Of a stretch of DNA of 64,000 nt, positions 1 through 12,200 are shown piece after piece (the stretch's first letter is position 1; every line of letters starts with the position of its first letter). This DNA is from Eledone cirrhosa (lineage: Eukaryota). The DNA lies in the NCBI GenBank assembly GCA_964016885.1, contig OZ024742.1, positions 117,676,001 through 117,740,000 on the forward strand, written 5' to 3'. The notes under the pieces are model-generated. The model was not told the DNA's origin and ran no database searches. It worked only from the letters and a program-made list of their open reading frames with translations. The position numbers were made by a program, and so were the translations under genes.

Positions 1-15
1 GCCGGTTGCAACCGC

Positions 16-813
16 TTAGAAAAGAAGGATAAGGGTTACCACACGCCGTCGACATATTGTTGTAGAACGCCTCCAACCCCCGTGTCTGATGCGTCCACTA
101 GCAGCGAACGAGGAGCGCCAGACCTGGGGGAAAACGAGCATGGAAGCGTTTGCCAACATTTCCTTCAGGCGGTTAAAAGATGTTAATTCTTCCTCGTTTA
201 GAGTGATTTCTTCGTTTTTGCGAGTCCGGTTACGAAGAAGGTCCGTGAGGAGTCTGGCTGCGTCGGAACAATGAGGGATGAACCGCCTATAAAAATTCAC
301 CAGACCGAGGAATTCACGCAGTTTCCGAAGTGATGTAGGTGCGGGAAAACTGCGGATAGCTTCTACTTTCTCGGGAAGTGGACGAATGCCGTCTTTATCG
401 ATGATGTGCCCGAGAAAGGACAGTGAAGGAACGCCGAGAAGGCACTTGCTGGGGTTGATGATGATACCGTACTCAGCCAAACGTCGGAAAAGGAGATCTA
501 AGTGCTTCTCGTGTTCATTCTCGGAAGCACTTGCTACCAGTACGTCGTCAATATACGCGTATACGAAGGGTAGATCGCGTAACACGGTGTCAATGAACCG
601 CTGAAAAGTTTGTGCAGCGTTGCGCAGACCGAACGGCATTCGCAGGAATTCGAATAAACCGAACGGTGTTGTGATTGCGGTCTTCGGAATGTCTGCAGGC
701 TCCATAGGTATCTGGTTATATGCACGCACCAGATATACCTTGGAAAAGATACGTGCGCCTTGCAGAGAGGCAGAAAAATCGTGCAGGTGAGGTACAGGGT
801 AATTATCGGGCAC
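16..813 (-). pseudogene. Reverse transcriptase core of the Gypsy element
   Basis: [38 protein letters not shown] and [13 protein letters not shown] motifs. Confidence 0.93.
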
Positions 814-1634
814 TGTAGAATTGTTAAGTGCACGATAATCCCCACATGGTCGCCAATCATTCTCGTTTTTTTTTTTGGAACAAGGTGTAGGGGTGCAGAC
901 CAGTTGCTGGAGGAAGGGCGAATGATTCCGAGGTCCAGCATGTGTTGGAACTCCTGATTGGCGATTCTCAATCGGCCTGGAGGCAGTCTCCTTGGTCGGG
1001 CAGCTGTGGGTGGTCCCTTTGTCTCGATGTGGTGCGTGACACTATGCTTTATGGGACTATCCTTAAATACCGGGCGAGTGATGTCTGGGTATTTCTGGAG
1101 AATGCCGTTGTACCGCGAAGGCTCTGACTGGCAAATTACAGGGCTCACTGTGGATTGCGTCGTAAATATACCTCTCACAGTGAGGTTTGTGGTGGTGTCA
1201 CTAAGCCTCCGGTTCTTCATATCCACCAGAAGGTTGAAGTGGTGGAGAAAATCGGCTCCTAGGATCGGGGTCGGCAGGTCTGCCACGACGAACACCCATT
1301 GAAAACGCTGCCTCAGGCCTAAATTGAGGGTCAGAGACTTCTCCCCGAAAGTCGGAATTGACGATTGGTTCACTGCCTGCAGAAAGGACGGGGTTGGGTG
1401 TCTTTTGCCCGAGATTAGTGAAACAGGAATAACACTAACCTGTGCTCCTGTATCCACGAGGTAACGGATGCCTGTCGCCTGGTCGTTAATAAAAAATAGA
1501 CGACTTTTCTTTTCAGTACCAGGGGTGAACGTCGTCGCTAGGCCCTGGGTGGCATTCCGGAAAGAGCACGGGGCTTTGCACTTAGATGCCTGTGCGCCGA
1601 AATTTGTGTGATACCAGCAGATGTTGCCAGGCAC
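534..1634 (-). pseudogene. Gag C-terminal knuckle, aspartic protease and RT N-terminus of the Gypsy element
   Basis: ORF contains CWYH...C...C, LVDTGAQVSVIP, ILGADFL and [19 protein letters not shown]; homology frame shifts at the A-run. Confidence 0.9.
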
Positions 1635-1861
1635 ACGATTTTGACTGGGACTACTGGATTTTTGACTGTGAAAAGGCCTGGCTCGATTGTTGCTGCGTCG
1701 CCGGTATTTGAAAGGTCAAGTTCTCTACCTGATTCGAGAGGTCTTTAATTTGACCAGCCCGCTCTCTGATCATAGCCCGCAGTTCTGAAATCTCGGCTTC
1801 TGTCGTTTGTGACATGTCCATGTTGATATTTTCTTAGATGCTGTCTGGTTGCGCGTTCGAC

Positions 1862-1878
1862 TCACGTTCGGGTCATCA
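1862..1878 (-). promoter_or_regulatory. Primer-binding site, tRNA-Trp type
   Basis: Minus strand TGATGACCCGAACGTGA, 2 nt after the LTR end TACA; near-match to the complement of the tRNA-Trp 3' end (TGGTGACCCCGACGTGA), as used by CsRn1-clade elements. Confidence 0.8.
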
Positions 1879-1880
1879 AT

Positions 1881-2357
1881 TGTAGCGACGCTGGTTGGTC
1901 AGTCTAGTCACTACTTCTGATCAGATCCGAGAATAGTGCTTAGAAGGACTGTTATCGCATACGGTCTGATCAGATATGAAGATAGCCCTTAAAAGAACTG
2001 TTGAGGATGGACAGACGAAAGCACAGGTTGAAAGGACGAAGCAAGGCGAGATGCAAATTCGATCAGCTATTTATTTTCACATGAAGCAACGATACGGGGT
2101 ACAAGGCAATGCGTGTGTGAGTGACAAAGCGTGACAGAGTAAAGGAACAACGATGCGCTAACTGACTCTGCCAAAAGTCGGCTAGCGAAAGTGTTAGGAA
2201 CCACTCTATTTATACAGGAACAATCCTTTGTTGTTTAGTCGATGTGTAGGCGTTTATTCTGGTAGGTTCTAAGGCTTCTTTTGTTTCACGTTGAGTATCT
2301 AGCTAACAGGTAGATGGCGCTGTATATTTCACAGCTGTTATTTCCGGTGGTTGTACA
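1881..2357 (-). repeat. 5' LTR (~477 bp) of the Gypsy element
   Basis: TGTA...TACA termini. On the minus strand TATAAATA (~2207-2214) precedes AATAAA (2070-2075). Internal ~49-bp imperfect duplication beginning TCTGATCAGA (~1916-2003). Confidence 0.75.
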
Positions 2358-2376
2358 TATGTATATATAGTGTGTG

Positions 2377-2990
2377 GGCATACATGACTTTTAGCGGTCG
2401 CAATAATGGAAGTAAATTTATTTTCATTTTCGAACGTCGTGTTTACATTTTGTGTGTGTGTTTAAACGAAACATGCTGGCGACGAATCTTCTTCTTTGCA
2501 CGGCTCCATGTATTCTCTGTGAGCTGTGAGTGCACATCAGGGCCCGCAGGATCTACAAAGTTCCGTTCGTGCACCACAACATCATGAACGTAAATCCCAC
2601 CTTCAATTTCCTCAATTTCCGAATAGGAAGCCCAACCATCGGAGATGATGCGGCTGCCTGGCAAAATCCCTGGTGGATGATGGGGACGAGAGTGTCACAG
2701 CTTCGATTTGGGACTTCTACAAGGCAGCAGCGTCCAGAATGGCGGACTCACCATTTTGCAAGCTTCATTACAAGATTACTTCGGTATTGAGTACTCTTCT
2801 CTCAACCGTCAACTACACACACACACACACATATATATATATAATCAGTTAAAACGATAGAGGCTCTGATTTTGTCTTTAATCTCAGTAACTAATTTAGA
2901 TCTAAACACACACACAAAATGTAAACACGACGTTCGAAAATGAAAATAAATTTACTTTCATTTTTCTGACCGTTAAAAGTCATGTATGCC
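2377..2990 (-). mobile_element. Non-autonomous Merlin (IS1595/ISXO2-like) DNA transposon
   Basis: ~90-bp TIRs starting GGCATACATGAC (2377-2466 / 2901-2990); 9-bp TSD TAGTGTGTG (2368-2376, 2991-2999); internal transposase remnant PGSRIISDGWASY...HERNFVDP...HSQLTENTW (ORF 2443..2664). Confidence 0.9.
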
Positions 2991-3146
2991 TAGTGTGTGT
3001 GTATATATATATATAGTGTGCGTAACGTTTTTCGAAACATTTACTTCTGCGTTCACAGATTGATTTTTTTTTTCGTTTCAGAAGATCCCGTTAAGGGTGA
3101 AAGCAACGATTCTTCGCTTAAACTTTAATCTGTTATTTTAATATAT

Positions 3147-3208
<62 letters not shown>

Positions 3209-3473
3209 TATATATTCGTGTACAGATATTTTTGCATACACAATAACAAAATATAAACAAACGTATTTATTTCACGAGGCTCGACAGCAGCAAAAACAAC
3301 AACAAAAAAGATAGGAAACGCAATGACATGCTTTTGAAAAATCTTAATAAGAAAATTATTTGCCTATTCATCCAAGGCGACTTCACTTTTTATTAGGACT
3401 TCTGCATCAATTGGTGAACATACGACGAAACTGTTTCAGAAAGGAGGGATAAACATACCAATCTATGTTTAGA

Positions 3474-3503
3474 ATCTCGAGCAACGCCGGGCCATTCTGC
3501 TAG
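3474..3503 (+). mobile_element. Helitron-like 3' terminus
   Basis: GC-rich degenerate hairpin CTCGAGCAACGCCGGG followed ~9 nt later by CTAG, resembling common metazoan Helitron ends. 5' end not identified. Confidence 0.45.
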
Positions 3504-4707
3504 CAATTTATAAAAGAAAGAAACAGTGAAATAAGCTAAAATAGTTTGAATTCAATATGTAAAGGATAAATATATTATTATAAAAGTGAATGCATGTATA
3601 TATATATATATTCTATGTTATAGGCCACGGTTTTGAACCACAGATCTTTTGTATATGGGTACTAATTTCAAGAAGCTAATTGACTATGCGTCTGTTTCTC
3701 ATACTTTATATAAACTTGGTAAGGCTAACCTTATTCTTAACTAGCTCCAGCTAATTAAGAATTAGATTGGCTTATATTCGATCTGTAAAAGGTGAAATTT
3801 ATTTATTATAGAAGTAAATTTATAATAATTAACGTTTGCATATTTGAAAAAAAAAAAAAAAAAAAAAGAGAAAAGCAAATAGCAACAGGTAGGGAAAGAA
3901 GAGCGACAGACTCTAGTTCTCAGTCTAGGTAAAAGCATTATCGCGTAGAATAGCCACCGACACCTGCAGCATCGGACACTCTGCCTCACGGAGAAAAGGG
4001 GCAGTTTTGGGGACCGTGGGCACCAGCGGTGTCGACTTCGATCGGCACAAAAATGATTGCAAGAATATTTGATATTTGATTAATTCATTTAATTATTTTG
4101 AACCATAAATACCAAAACTATTTAATTGATATAGCAGACAGCAGTTGTCACGTGATATTATCTTTTGTCTCGTCAGCCTTACCTCCCTTTGATTTTGTTA
4201 TATTTGCGTTCCGTTGTTTCAATTTACGTCTTTTTCTTCTTTTTATTCTCTGTTGACATTTTCGCTCTATTCTTCTTCTTTCAATTTCTCATTAATATCT
4301 TAATCACTATACTGCTATCCGTCACTCCATATACGCGCTACTTATCCTCCGTTTTAACATTAATCCGCTGACATCCTCTCTAAAAGGTAGAGAGAATAAT
4401 AATGCATTGAAAATTGAACGTGTTGATATTTTCGCTGGTGTGTGTGTGCTTTTGTCTTCTTCTGTGTTACTTATTGTTCAGGACCGTTTTATATTCGGCA
4501 TGCGAGCAATAGATATCAACGTGTCGATATAAAAGACGCACTTCTGCTTTTATATTTCACATGGGCTGATGGCCTGTGTTAACGGCCACATAATACACAC
4601 GGTTGTTCATAATCATTCCAGGTGCTACTGCCGCTACTTTTACCACTTGCTCAATGCCGTTCATCATTTAGCAGTTTCACCCAACTGACTTATCATTACA
4701 ACTCTGT

Positions 4708-5311
4708 ATGAATCCTATTACGTCCATCATCTCTTATTTTGCCACAGAAAGCGATGAAGTTGGAAGCGGAGATAAAACAGAAAATGAAGATGAAGATGAA
4801 GATGATGAACGAGAAACTGGGAATGGTAATATGTTCGAATCAGATGCACAGGTGACAGAAGAAGAAACCTACATGTCTGTAGTTGACTGCGAGAAAGGGA
4901 CTAACCATAATAACGATGAAGATGACGCCGACGATCAGAAAAATACACCTTTATCCCCTGTTCAACCTTCCGATCCTAACTGCTCGTCGTTGACAACTGG
5001 GGCTTCTAACTGGATTCCGGTCCGGAAACAACCGAGACCACCACCCGCTCACCTCAAGAAATACCTCTATCCGGTCTCAGAAATCATCGATGAACTTCAC
5101 CCCGAGGAAGTGAGATGGATGTACCGGCATGCTGGTAAGAAAAAATGGACTCCATTTATAGGATACGATTCCCTTAGGATCGAGTTCAGGTTCAGAGAAT
5201 TGAGTGTATCAAATATACGCGAAGGCATGCTAAACGATATGATTGTCGTACGCGGAGGACTTTATGAAGTCGACGTCGTCGCCCGGAAATGTTACCCACT
5301 ATTTTGGACTG
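4708..5311 (+). CDS. DDHD1: DDHD1 coding exon 1 (acidic N-terminus, WWE-like region)
   Basis: ATG at 4708 with in-frame upstream TAG at 4669; ends ...FWT-G|gtaagc (phase 1). Confidence 0.88.
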
Positions 5312-5516
5312 GTAAGCATGCATTTATTTATCCAATTACAAATGTTAATAGTTGAATATATCGATAGAACTTTCTCGATTTCGTTCTTTCCGTTCTGAAT
5401 TTAAATCTCGCCTAGGTGAACTTTACCATTGATCCATTCGGGGTCGATAAAATAAACGTTTGATTTTATACACAATTTTAGCCTCGTTGTGTAAGGTAAA
5501 CAAAGTTATATATATA

Positions 5517-5553
<37 letters not shown>

Positions 5554-6184
5554 TAAAAACATACACACTCATATATATATATATATTATTATACATACAT
5601 ATATATATATATATGTATACAGTGGCGGACTGGGTCTAAAGATATTGGCCCACCCACATATAGAATGCTATCATTTATTTTTTTATCATGAATGAATAAC
5701 ATTTTCAAAAAATACATAAGTGAAAACAAAACAGTGAAATCAAATTTTTGCGGAAAAAAATGTGATTTTTTTTCTCCAATTATAGTGTATATATATTTAC
5801 TGTACATATTACTGGCAGTATACAGTAATACTAAATGTTAATACAGAATGTTATAATTTAAGCGTTAAATAATTGTTATTTAGAGTAGAATATGCAAGTG
5901 ATCGTTCTTATCTTCTCCAATAAAAGGTATAAACATCCAGAGACTTTCAATAATGACCTTTGGTCTTTCACACTCATTCAATATATATACCTGGGAGTGT
6001 GTGTACATGTGTATAGATTTATATATATGTATACATACATGTTTTTAACTTGTACAAACATTTGGCGACTCATTTCTCCCCAGGAACTTTAGACTCAAGA
6101 ACTGACCACTAATTGATTTTACATATGTCTTTAACCCATTCATATAAAAAAATTATTTGGCCAGCAACTCGTGTGTATGTGTAA

Positions 6185-6241
<57 letters not shown>

Positions 6242-9200
6242 TTTAGGTTTGTTGGTTCACCGCTGGATAGAACTGGTCATTCCGTATAGTCAACCTTGAT
6301 GTAATATTAGGGAGAGCACTCGACGTAATGCAACTCACCCGTCTTCGTTTGTGTTGGTGGTGCGTGTACGGAGTTAATTATTATAAAATAACAAGAGGCT
6401 GGACTGGTGTAATTCCTTAAAGGTTTATTATACTACGAACATTTCAATGACCGGGATCAGTATGACTCCGGTGACATCATCAGGTATTCGAAATTTAACA
6501 AAGTAATATAATAGACAATCCATGGGGCTGAAAAGGACGAGAGGGCGGCCAAACATTTACCAGTTTCCAGTCCAGTTGGCCGCCCATATATATATATATG
6601 TGTGTGGGTCTCCATGTATGCATGCATGAATGAATACAGTAAGCCAATGATTCTAACTGCTAGCACTATCATACATTTTGGTTTCTATTAATTCTCTATG
6701 GAATTTTTTGACCAAATGCTTTGCCTATTAAAGATATTTTTTTAAAGCAAAGCATTGACCCCTAAAATACTACAGTGCGCTTTCGCAATGGTACTGTGGG
6801 CCCCCTCTGGGCCCACTTGCCTTTGGGCAACCTGGCCAGTCTGCCACTGTATATATATATGTATGTATGTGTGTGTACATGCACTTTTACTTGTTCCAGC
6901 CGACTGTTTGAGAGCATGCAGGGGTACCAGCCTTTCCATAGCTGCCCTGCCTTAGTTGGTCATTGATGCAAGGAGCGAAGGGGCACTGGATAGCACTACC
7001 CCCTGCCTTCCCTCCCTACTTTTCAATAGCACACCCCCAGATTTAGAAAAAAATGCAGATTATTCAGAAACACTGCCTTAGAATTATTATGAATTAGAAT
7101 GTACAGCCAGAATGTTCTGAAGTCCCCTCCCACGACCTGAGCACTTAAGTATGGTGAGAGGACTGCATTGATGTATGGAGGAGTTTAATGCTACCTCATT
7201 TGTTTTTCTGGCTGCACTGATAATAGCAGAATGTTGAGATGCTTCTTAAAAACATTTGCATCTAACTTATATAGGTTTTTTGGGGAAAGACTAAGGACTC
7301 TTGAACCCTAAGCTATTAATCTCAGTGTGAAAGGTGGAGCATTTGGCACTATACAGTGTTCAGAAGTTGGTCCAGCTTTCAATGTCAAAGTTGGTACTTA
7401 CCCTTCTAGAATTTTCCAAATATATGTTTAGTGTGCAGGTAGGAGTCTACCAGGGTTATGTTCTTAGACCTCTCATGTTTATTATTATCCTGCAGGATGG
7501 AAAAAGTTCAGGGAGCTACTACTGCTGTTAGCTACAAAAGTTTTCCCTCAAAATAAAAGGGAAATTGTTTGAAGCTTGTGTATGAACAGCATTGTTGCAT
7601 GGAAGTGAGACTTGAACAATATCTGCAGAGGACCTATGAAGATTAGAACGACAATGCAACAATGAACTGAGAGAGAAATTAGCCATAAAAAGGGTCAAAT
7701 GCAGTGTACATTAGAGGAGATTATGGTGGTTTGGACATGTGATGATGTGTATAGAGGATGGCCAATGTATAAAAAGGTGCAGTGCACTCAAAATCGATGT
7801 TAACTATGGAAGAGGAAGACCTAGGAAAACTTGGGTTGAAGTGATAAAAGCTGACCTTGCCCAATTAAACCCCACAAAAGAGATGACACAGCATCGAGAC
7901 CTCTGGCATCATGCTGTATTGTAGAAGACCTGATCCGGTGCCACAACAACAAAAGTACCCAGTCCATCCCGTAAGATGATCATGATGGTGAGACAAGAAA
8001 AAGCACCTAGTCCACACAGTGAAGTGGTCGTGCTATTGACACAAGTGCCCAGTCCACATTGTAAGGTGGTCGTGCTGGTGGCATGACCACATCTGCCCAA
8101 GTTTTTCGGTCTTCTTCTTCTGGCATCACCTAGCACTTCTTCACTTAGCGTTCCTCATCCATTTCTCTCTTGCACACTACATCTAACTCCTCTTATATCT
8201 AGCTTTTCTCTCAGTTCATCCCTATCCCATCTTTTTTACCCACAAACATTTCACATCTAAGGGAGCATGCCCATTTCATTTCTTTCTGTGTTTCATATAA
8301 CCTCTGAATATTGTTGACACCAACATGAGCACCTTACATGATGGACTAGGGGCTTTTGTTGTGTCATCAGCATGACAAATACCAAAAAGCATTGGTTGTC
8401 CTGAAGCCATTGTAGAAGTCTCTTGCTCTAGATGCAGTGCAATGAAATTGAACCTGAAATTATAAGGTTGTGAAGTGAACTTCTTAACCACACATTCATG
8501 CCTGCACCTGTTGGATAAAGTTTTATAATGAACTATTTATTTTAACTGCAGCCAATTTCTAACTTTTATCTGTATGAAATATATATATATATTTTTTTTT
8601 TTTGAAGGTGATACCGCTGAAGTACTTCGTGGAATTTGGTTCTATGATGATACTTGGGAACCTTTGGAGGAAGAGACCGCTGTTCGTATAGAGTCAGAAC
8701 ATTTGGGCAAGTTTTTGGGAAAGAAGTATCCATGTGATTTTTCTGGAACAGTAAACTTAAAGGTTGCCAAATCAGGTAAGATTAGTATTTACCTTTGTAA
8801 CTTCTTGAGTTGTTGTTTAGCCCCAGGTCAATCTTGATCAAGTAAACATCATCATCATCATCAAAGCTTAATATCTATTTTCCATGCTTGCATGGTTTAG
8901 ATGGGTTGTCATATTATGAGACTAGATATGTCAGGTGACTACATCCTACTTGTATACTCCATTTTAGCTTGGTTTCTACAGTTGCATGCCATTCTTAATG
9001 CCAACCATATTACAGCATATATTAGGAGCATGGTTTCTATAGCTGGATGCCCTTCCTGTACTGGAACATGCTATGATAAAATGCATCCCATCAGTTAAAA
9101 TTTTGTTTGAGACATAGTGCAAGTCTTGCACTACATTATACATTGTGCCTCCTCTTCCTAAGATGATTGTTTCAGCATATTTATGCTATGGATACAAGGT

Positions 9201-12200
9201 CATCAAAGGCCAAATTCCACGGAAATTGAACTTGCAACTCTTTCACTGCACTAATCAAATTCACAAGCAAATTTCAGAAACTTTGAAAACATATTACACA
9301 GATAATTAATTACTTTTACTCATAAACACTGAATCTATAAAAAAAAATGTAAGTGCTCTTGGTCAATCTAGAATTTGGTTCATTGTAAGATCAAAATCTA
9401 GAAAATGTTCTAATTGAGCAGTATGAAAACATATCTCAAATTGAATATAAATTGCTATACCAAACTTGACTGAGGCATAACTAGAAATTAGAATCCTCCA
9501 TCATTATTTTTGGCAGTATCGGTAGAGCGTTGGATGCCATGCTTTGACGCATAGAGTTACGGCCCTTGCCATTCTAAGTTCAAATCCTGCCGAGGTTAAC
9601 TTTGCCTTTCATCCTTACGGTGTCGATAAAATAAAGTACCAGTAATGCACTGGGATAATTGCTGGCCTTGTGCCAAAAGTAGAAACAATTATTTTATGTA
9701 TGAACCTTTTATTAAGTTATGCACCAAACAACAATGCTCTTAACTATTATACAACTGTCTCAGAGTTGGGTTAGAGGCTTTGAGGCTGAACGAGGATTAT
9801 AGTGTGAATAGATTGAAACATATGTATACAATAAAGATATAGAAACAATGGTAATGGTTCTCAGAACATTTTGAATAACCATACGCAAATATTTTTTTTC
9901 TTCCTTGGTACTCTCTTAGCTCAGGATATTTTTACCTCATCTATCTTTGATTGCATCTTCTCTGTATTAAATATACTTGATCTTTCTTGTGGACGTCTTC
10001 CATTATCTTCAAAGAATTCCTTTGCTTTCTAGAATCTTCTTTTTCATATTAGACTCCACCCCTCAGGCTAGAAGAAACTTTCTGCCTAAATCTTCAAATC
10101 TTAAACTATTCCTGAAATAAAATACATGTCAGTAGACTGTACGTCAGTACTTCTAAATGGAGATAATCTAAATGTTGTAGTTCTAATTGATTGATAGATC
10201 ATATACCTTTAAACCTTTTGTTATATTTCTAACTGAACTGCTTAATATTTTCAAATTATTTTGAAAATAGTCTAAAATTTGAAAAAAATTAGTAATAAAA
10301 CTAACTTTCTCCCTATTAAGCTGGTGTTACAACATGATTTAACAAAGCTAACATAAAATATGATGGAAGGTTTCTTAAAATAAATAAAATATTATAGAAC
10401 CAGGGAAGTTTTAGGTGATTTGTTACAATCTTGGTATTGCTATTGTATTATATCTTTCTGTAACAAAGCATCGAGCTGAGATTAATGTTGCTGATTTTAT
10501 TTTACTCTATTTTTTTTTACCTGTTAATCTCTAGGAATGGCAGCACCTGAGTCCTTTTCAGAGTTACCTCCTCCATTACTAATTCGTTTTCCTAGGTAAC
10601 AGCTGTCAACCACTTCCCCAGATCGGAAAAGATCTATTTCTCTGGTGCCCTTACTGTTAGCTATATATATATATATAAATGTGTGTGTGTTTTAATTTAA
10701 TTTTCCTCAATTTTTCTTGCAGTCATCCATCATATAGAATTCTCAAATTGCCATGTTGAATGGAAAAATGCTACTGAAGTTTGCATGTTTAGTGATTCCA
10801 CTCCTTCAAAAATTGTACGGTCTGTAAGTCAGTCATTAGGATTTCAGAAAAGTAAGTATCTGAGAATTTGTTTTCTTTTGTATTAGTTTGGTTTGGAAGG
10901 GGCTGTCATCATCACCTCAGTAGGCCCCCTGAGACAAATAAAGTTGATACTTGCTCGCAACAACTGTAAATAGATGACTGCTGAGTAAACATGAACAGAG
11001 AGTATATGCCAGTAGGCTGATTTACTGGGATAAAGTAGTTGAGAATAGTGGTTACTCTGTGTGTGTGTGTGGTAGAGGTAGACACAGTATGAGTCAGGGA
11101 GACCTGAGTAGAGATGGTACAAGACCAGCTGAAGGTCCACTAGAAAAGGTAGAGTTGAGTGAGTGTATTTCTGTGAGAAAGAAGCTGCAATATATTGGTG
11201 AGTGACTCCATATCTAATAGCTCGATGGCATTTTTCTGGATGTGCTCTATGGTGTCCCTGTGGGTCTCACCTAAATTTTCATTTGACTATCATTATAATG
11301 ATTTATTACAAACTTAGAAAATCACAAATCTATTTGGAGGGGATGGTTAATTTACAGGGTGAGCATAAAGTCTTTGAAACCACAAAACACATTGAGCTAT
11401 TTGTTTCATAGATGCCATTTTGTTACTGAAAATTATAACTACTTCCTGTAGAATGGAAAATGTAAAACATGTTCAGAAAAACTTTAAACTTGAAATTTAT
11501 AAATTAAAGCAATGAAAAAGTAAAACCTCAAATAGTATCCAAGATAGGTATTCTATAATCAGGGAAAGACTTTATGCTCACCGAGTATTTATCTCTGAAA
11601 ACATAACTTAGAAGTTGACCTTGTTTGAAATTTGGTCAACGAAATCTGTGCTGAAGCTCATAGGAGGGTCAAAGAGGGGATGGCCAAATGAATAAGGCTG
11701 AAAACATTCAGTCTAAAGATTCTTGTCCTTCTTGAAGTACTGCATCATGTCAGTGGTTAAGTCATCATATCAGTAGTTATGACACCATGTCAGTGGTTAT
11801 GACACCATGACAGTGGTTAAGTCATCATGTCAGTAGTTATAACATCGTCAGTGGTTATGACATCATGTCTGTAGTTATAGCATCATGTCAGTGGTTATGA
11901 CATCACAACAGTGGTTATAACATTACATCAGTGGTTATGGCATCCTGTAAGTGGTTCTGACATCACGTCAGTGGCTATGACATCACATCAGTGGCTATGC
12001 TGTCACGTCAGTGGCTATGCTGTCATGTCAGTGGCTATGACATCACATCAGTGGCTATGCTGTCTCATCAGTGGCTATGCTATCACATTAGTGGCTACGC
12101 TGTCACGTCAGTGGCTATGACATCACGTCAGGGGCTATGACATCACATCAGTGGCTATGACATCACATCAGTGGCTATGACATCACATCAGTAGTTATGC

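Larger units (their letters stand above)
1..2357 (-). mobile_element. Degenerate Ty3/Gypsy LTR retrotransposon, CsRn1-like clade (5' part; runs off the window edge)
   Basis: Minus-strand order is LTR, PBS, gag remnant with CWYHx9Cx3C (CHCC) knuckle, protease LVDTGAQVS, RT ([16 protein letters not shown]), then start of RNase H (DASD...PLSFFSKRL). There are frameshifts near 865-877 and ~135, and a TAA in the RNase H frame. Confidence 0.95.

Noticed and set aside
2443-2664. IS1595-like transposase as bacterial contamination or recent horizontal transfer
   Set aside because: It lies inside a TIR/TSD-bounded element containing CA/TA microsatellites in continuous eukaryotic DNA; explained by the eukaryotic Merlin superfamily.
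3720-3735. CTAACCTTA as a possible telomerase RNA template upstream of the GC island
   Set aside because: Not a 1.5-repeat CTAACCCTAA template, and no pseudoknot or CR4/5 could be recognised.
10535-10595. Exon-like segment ctag|GAATGGCAGCA...CCTAG|gtaac in DDHD1 intron 2
   Set aside because: It is 61 nt long, so it would shift the frame between phase-1 exons 2 and 3, and it has no DDHD1 similarity. At most a poison exon; unsupported without RNA-seq.
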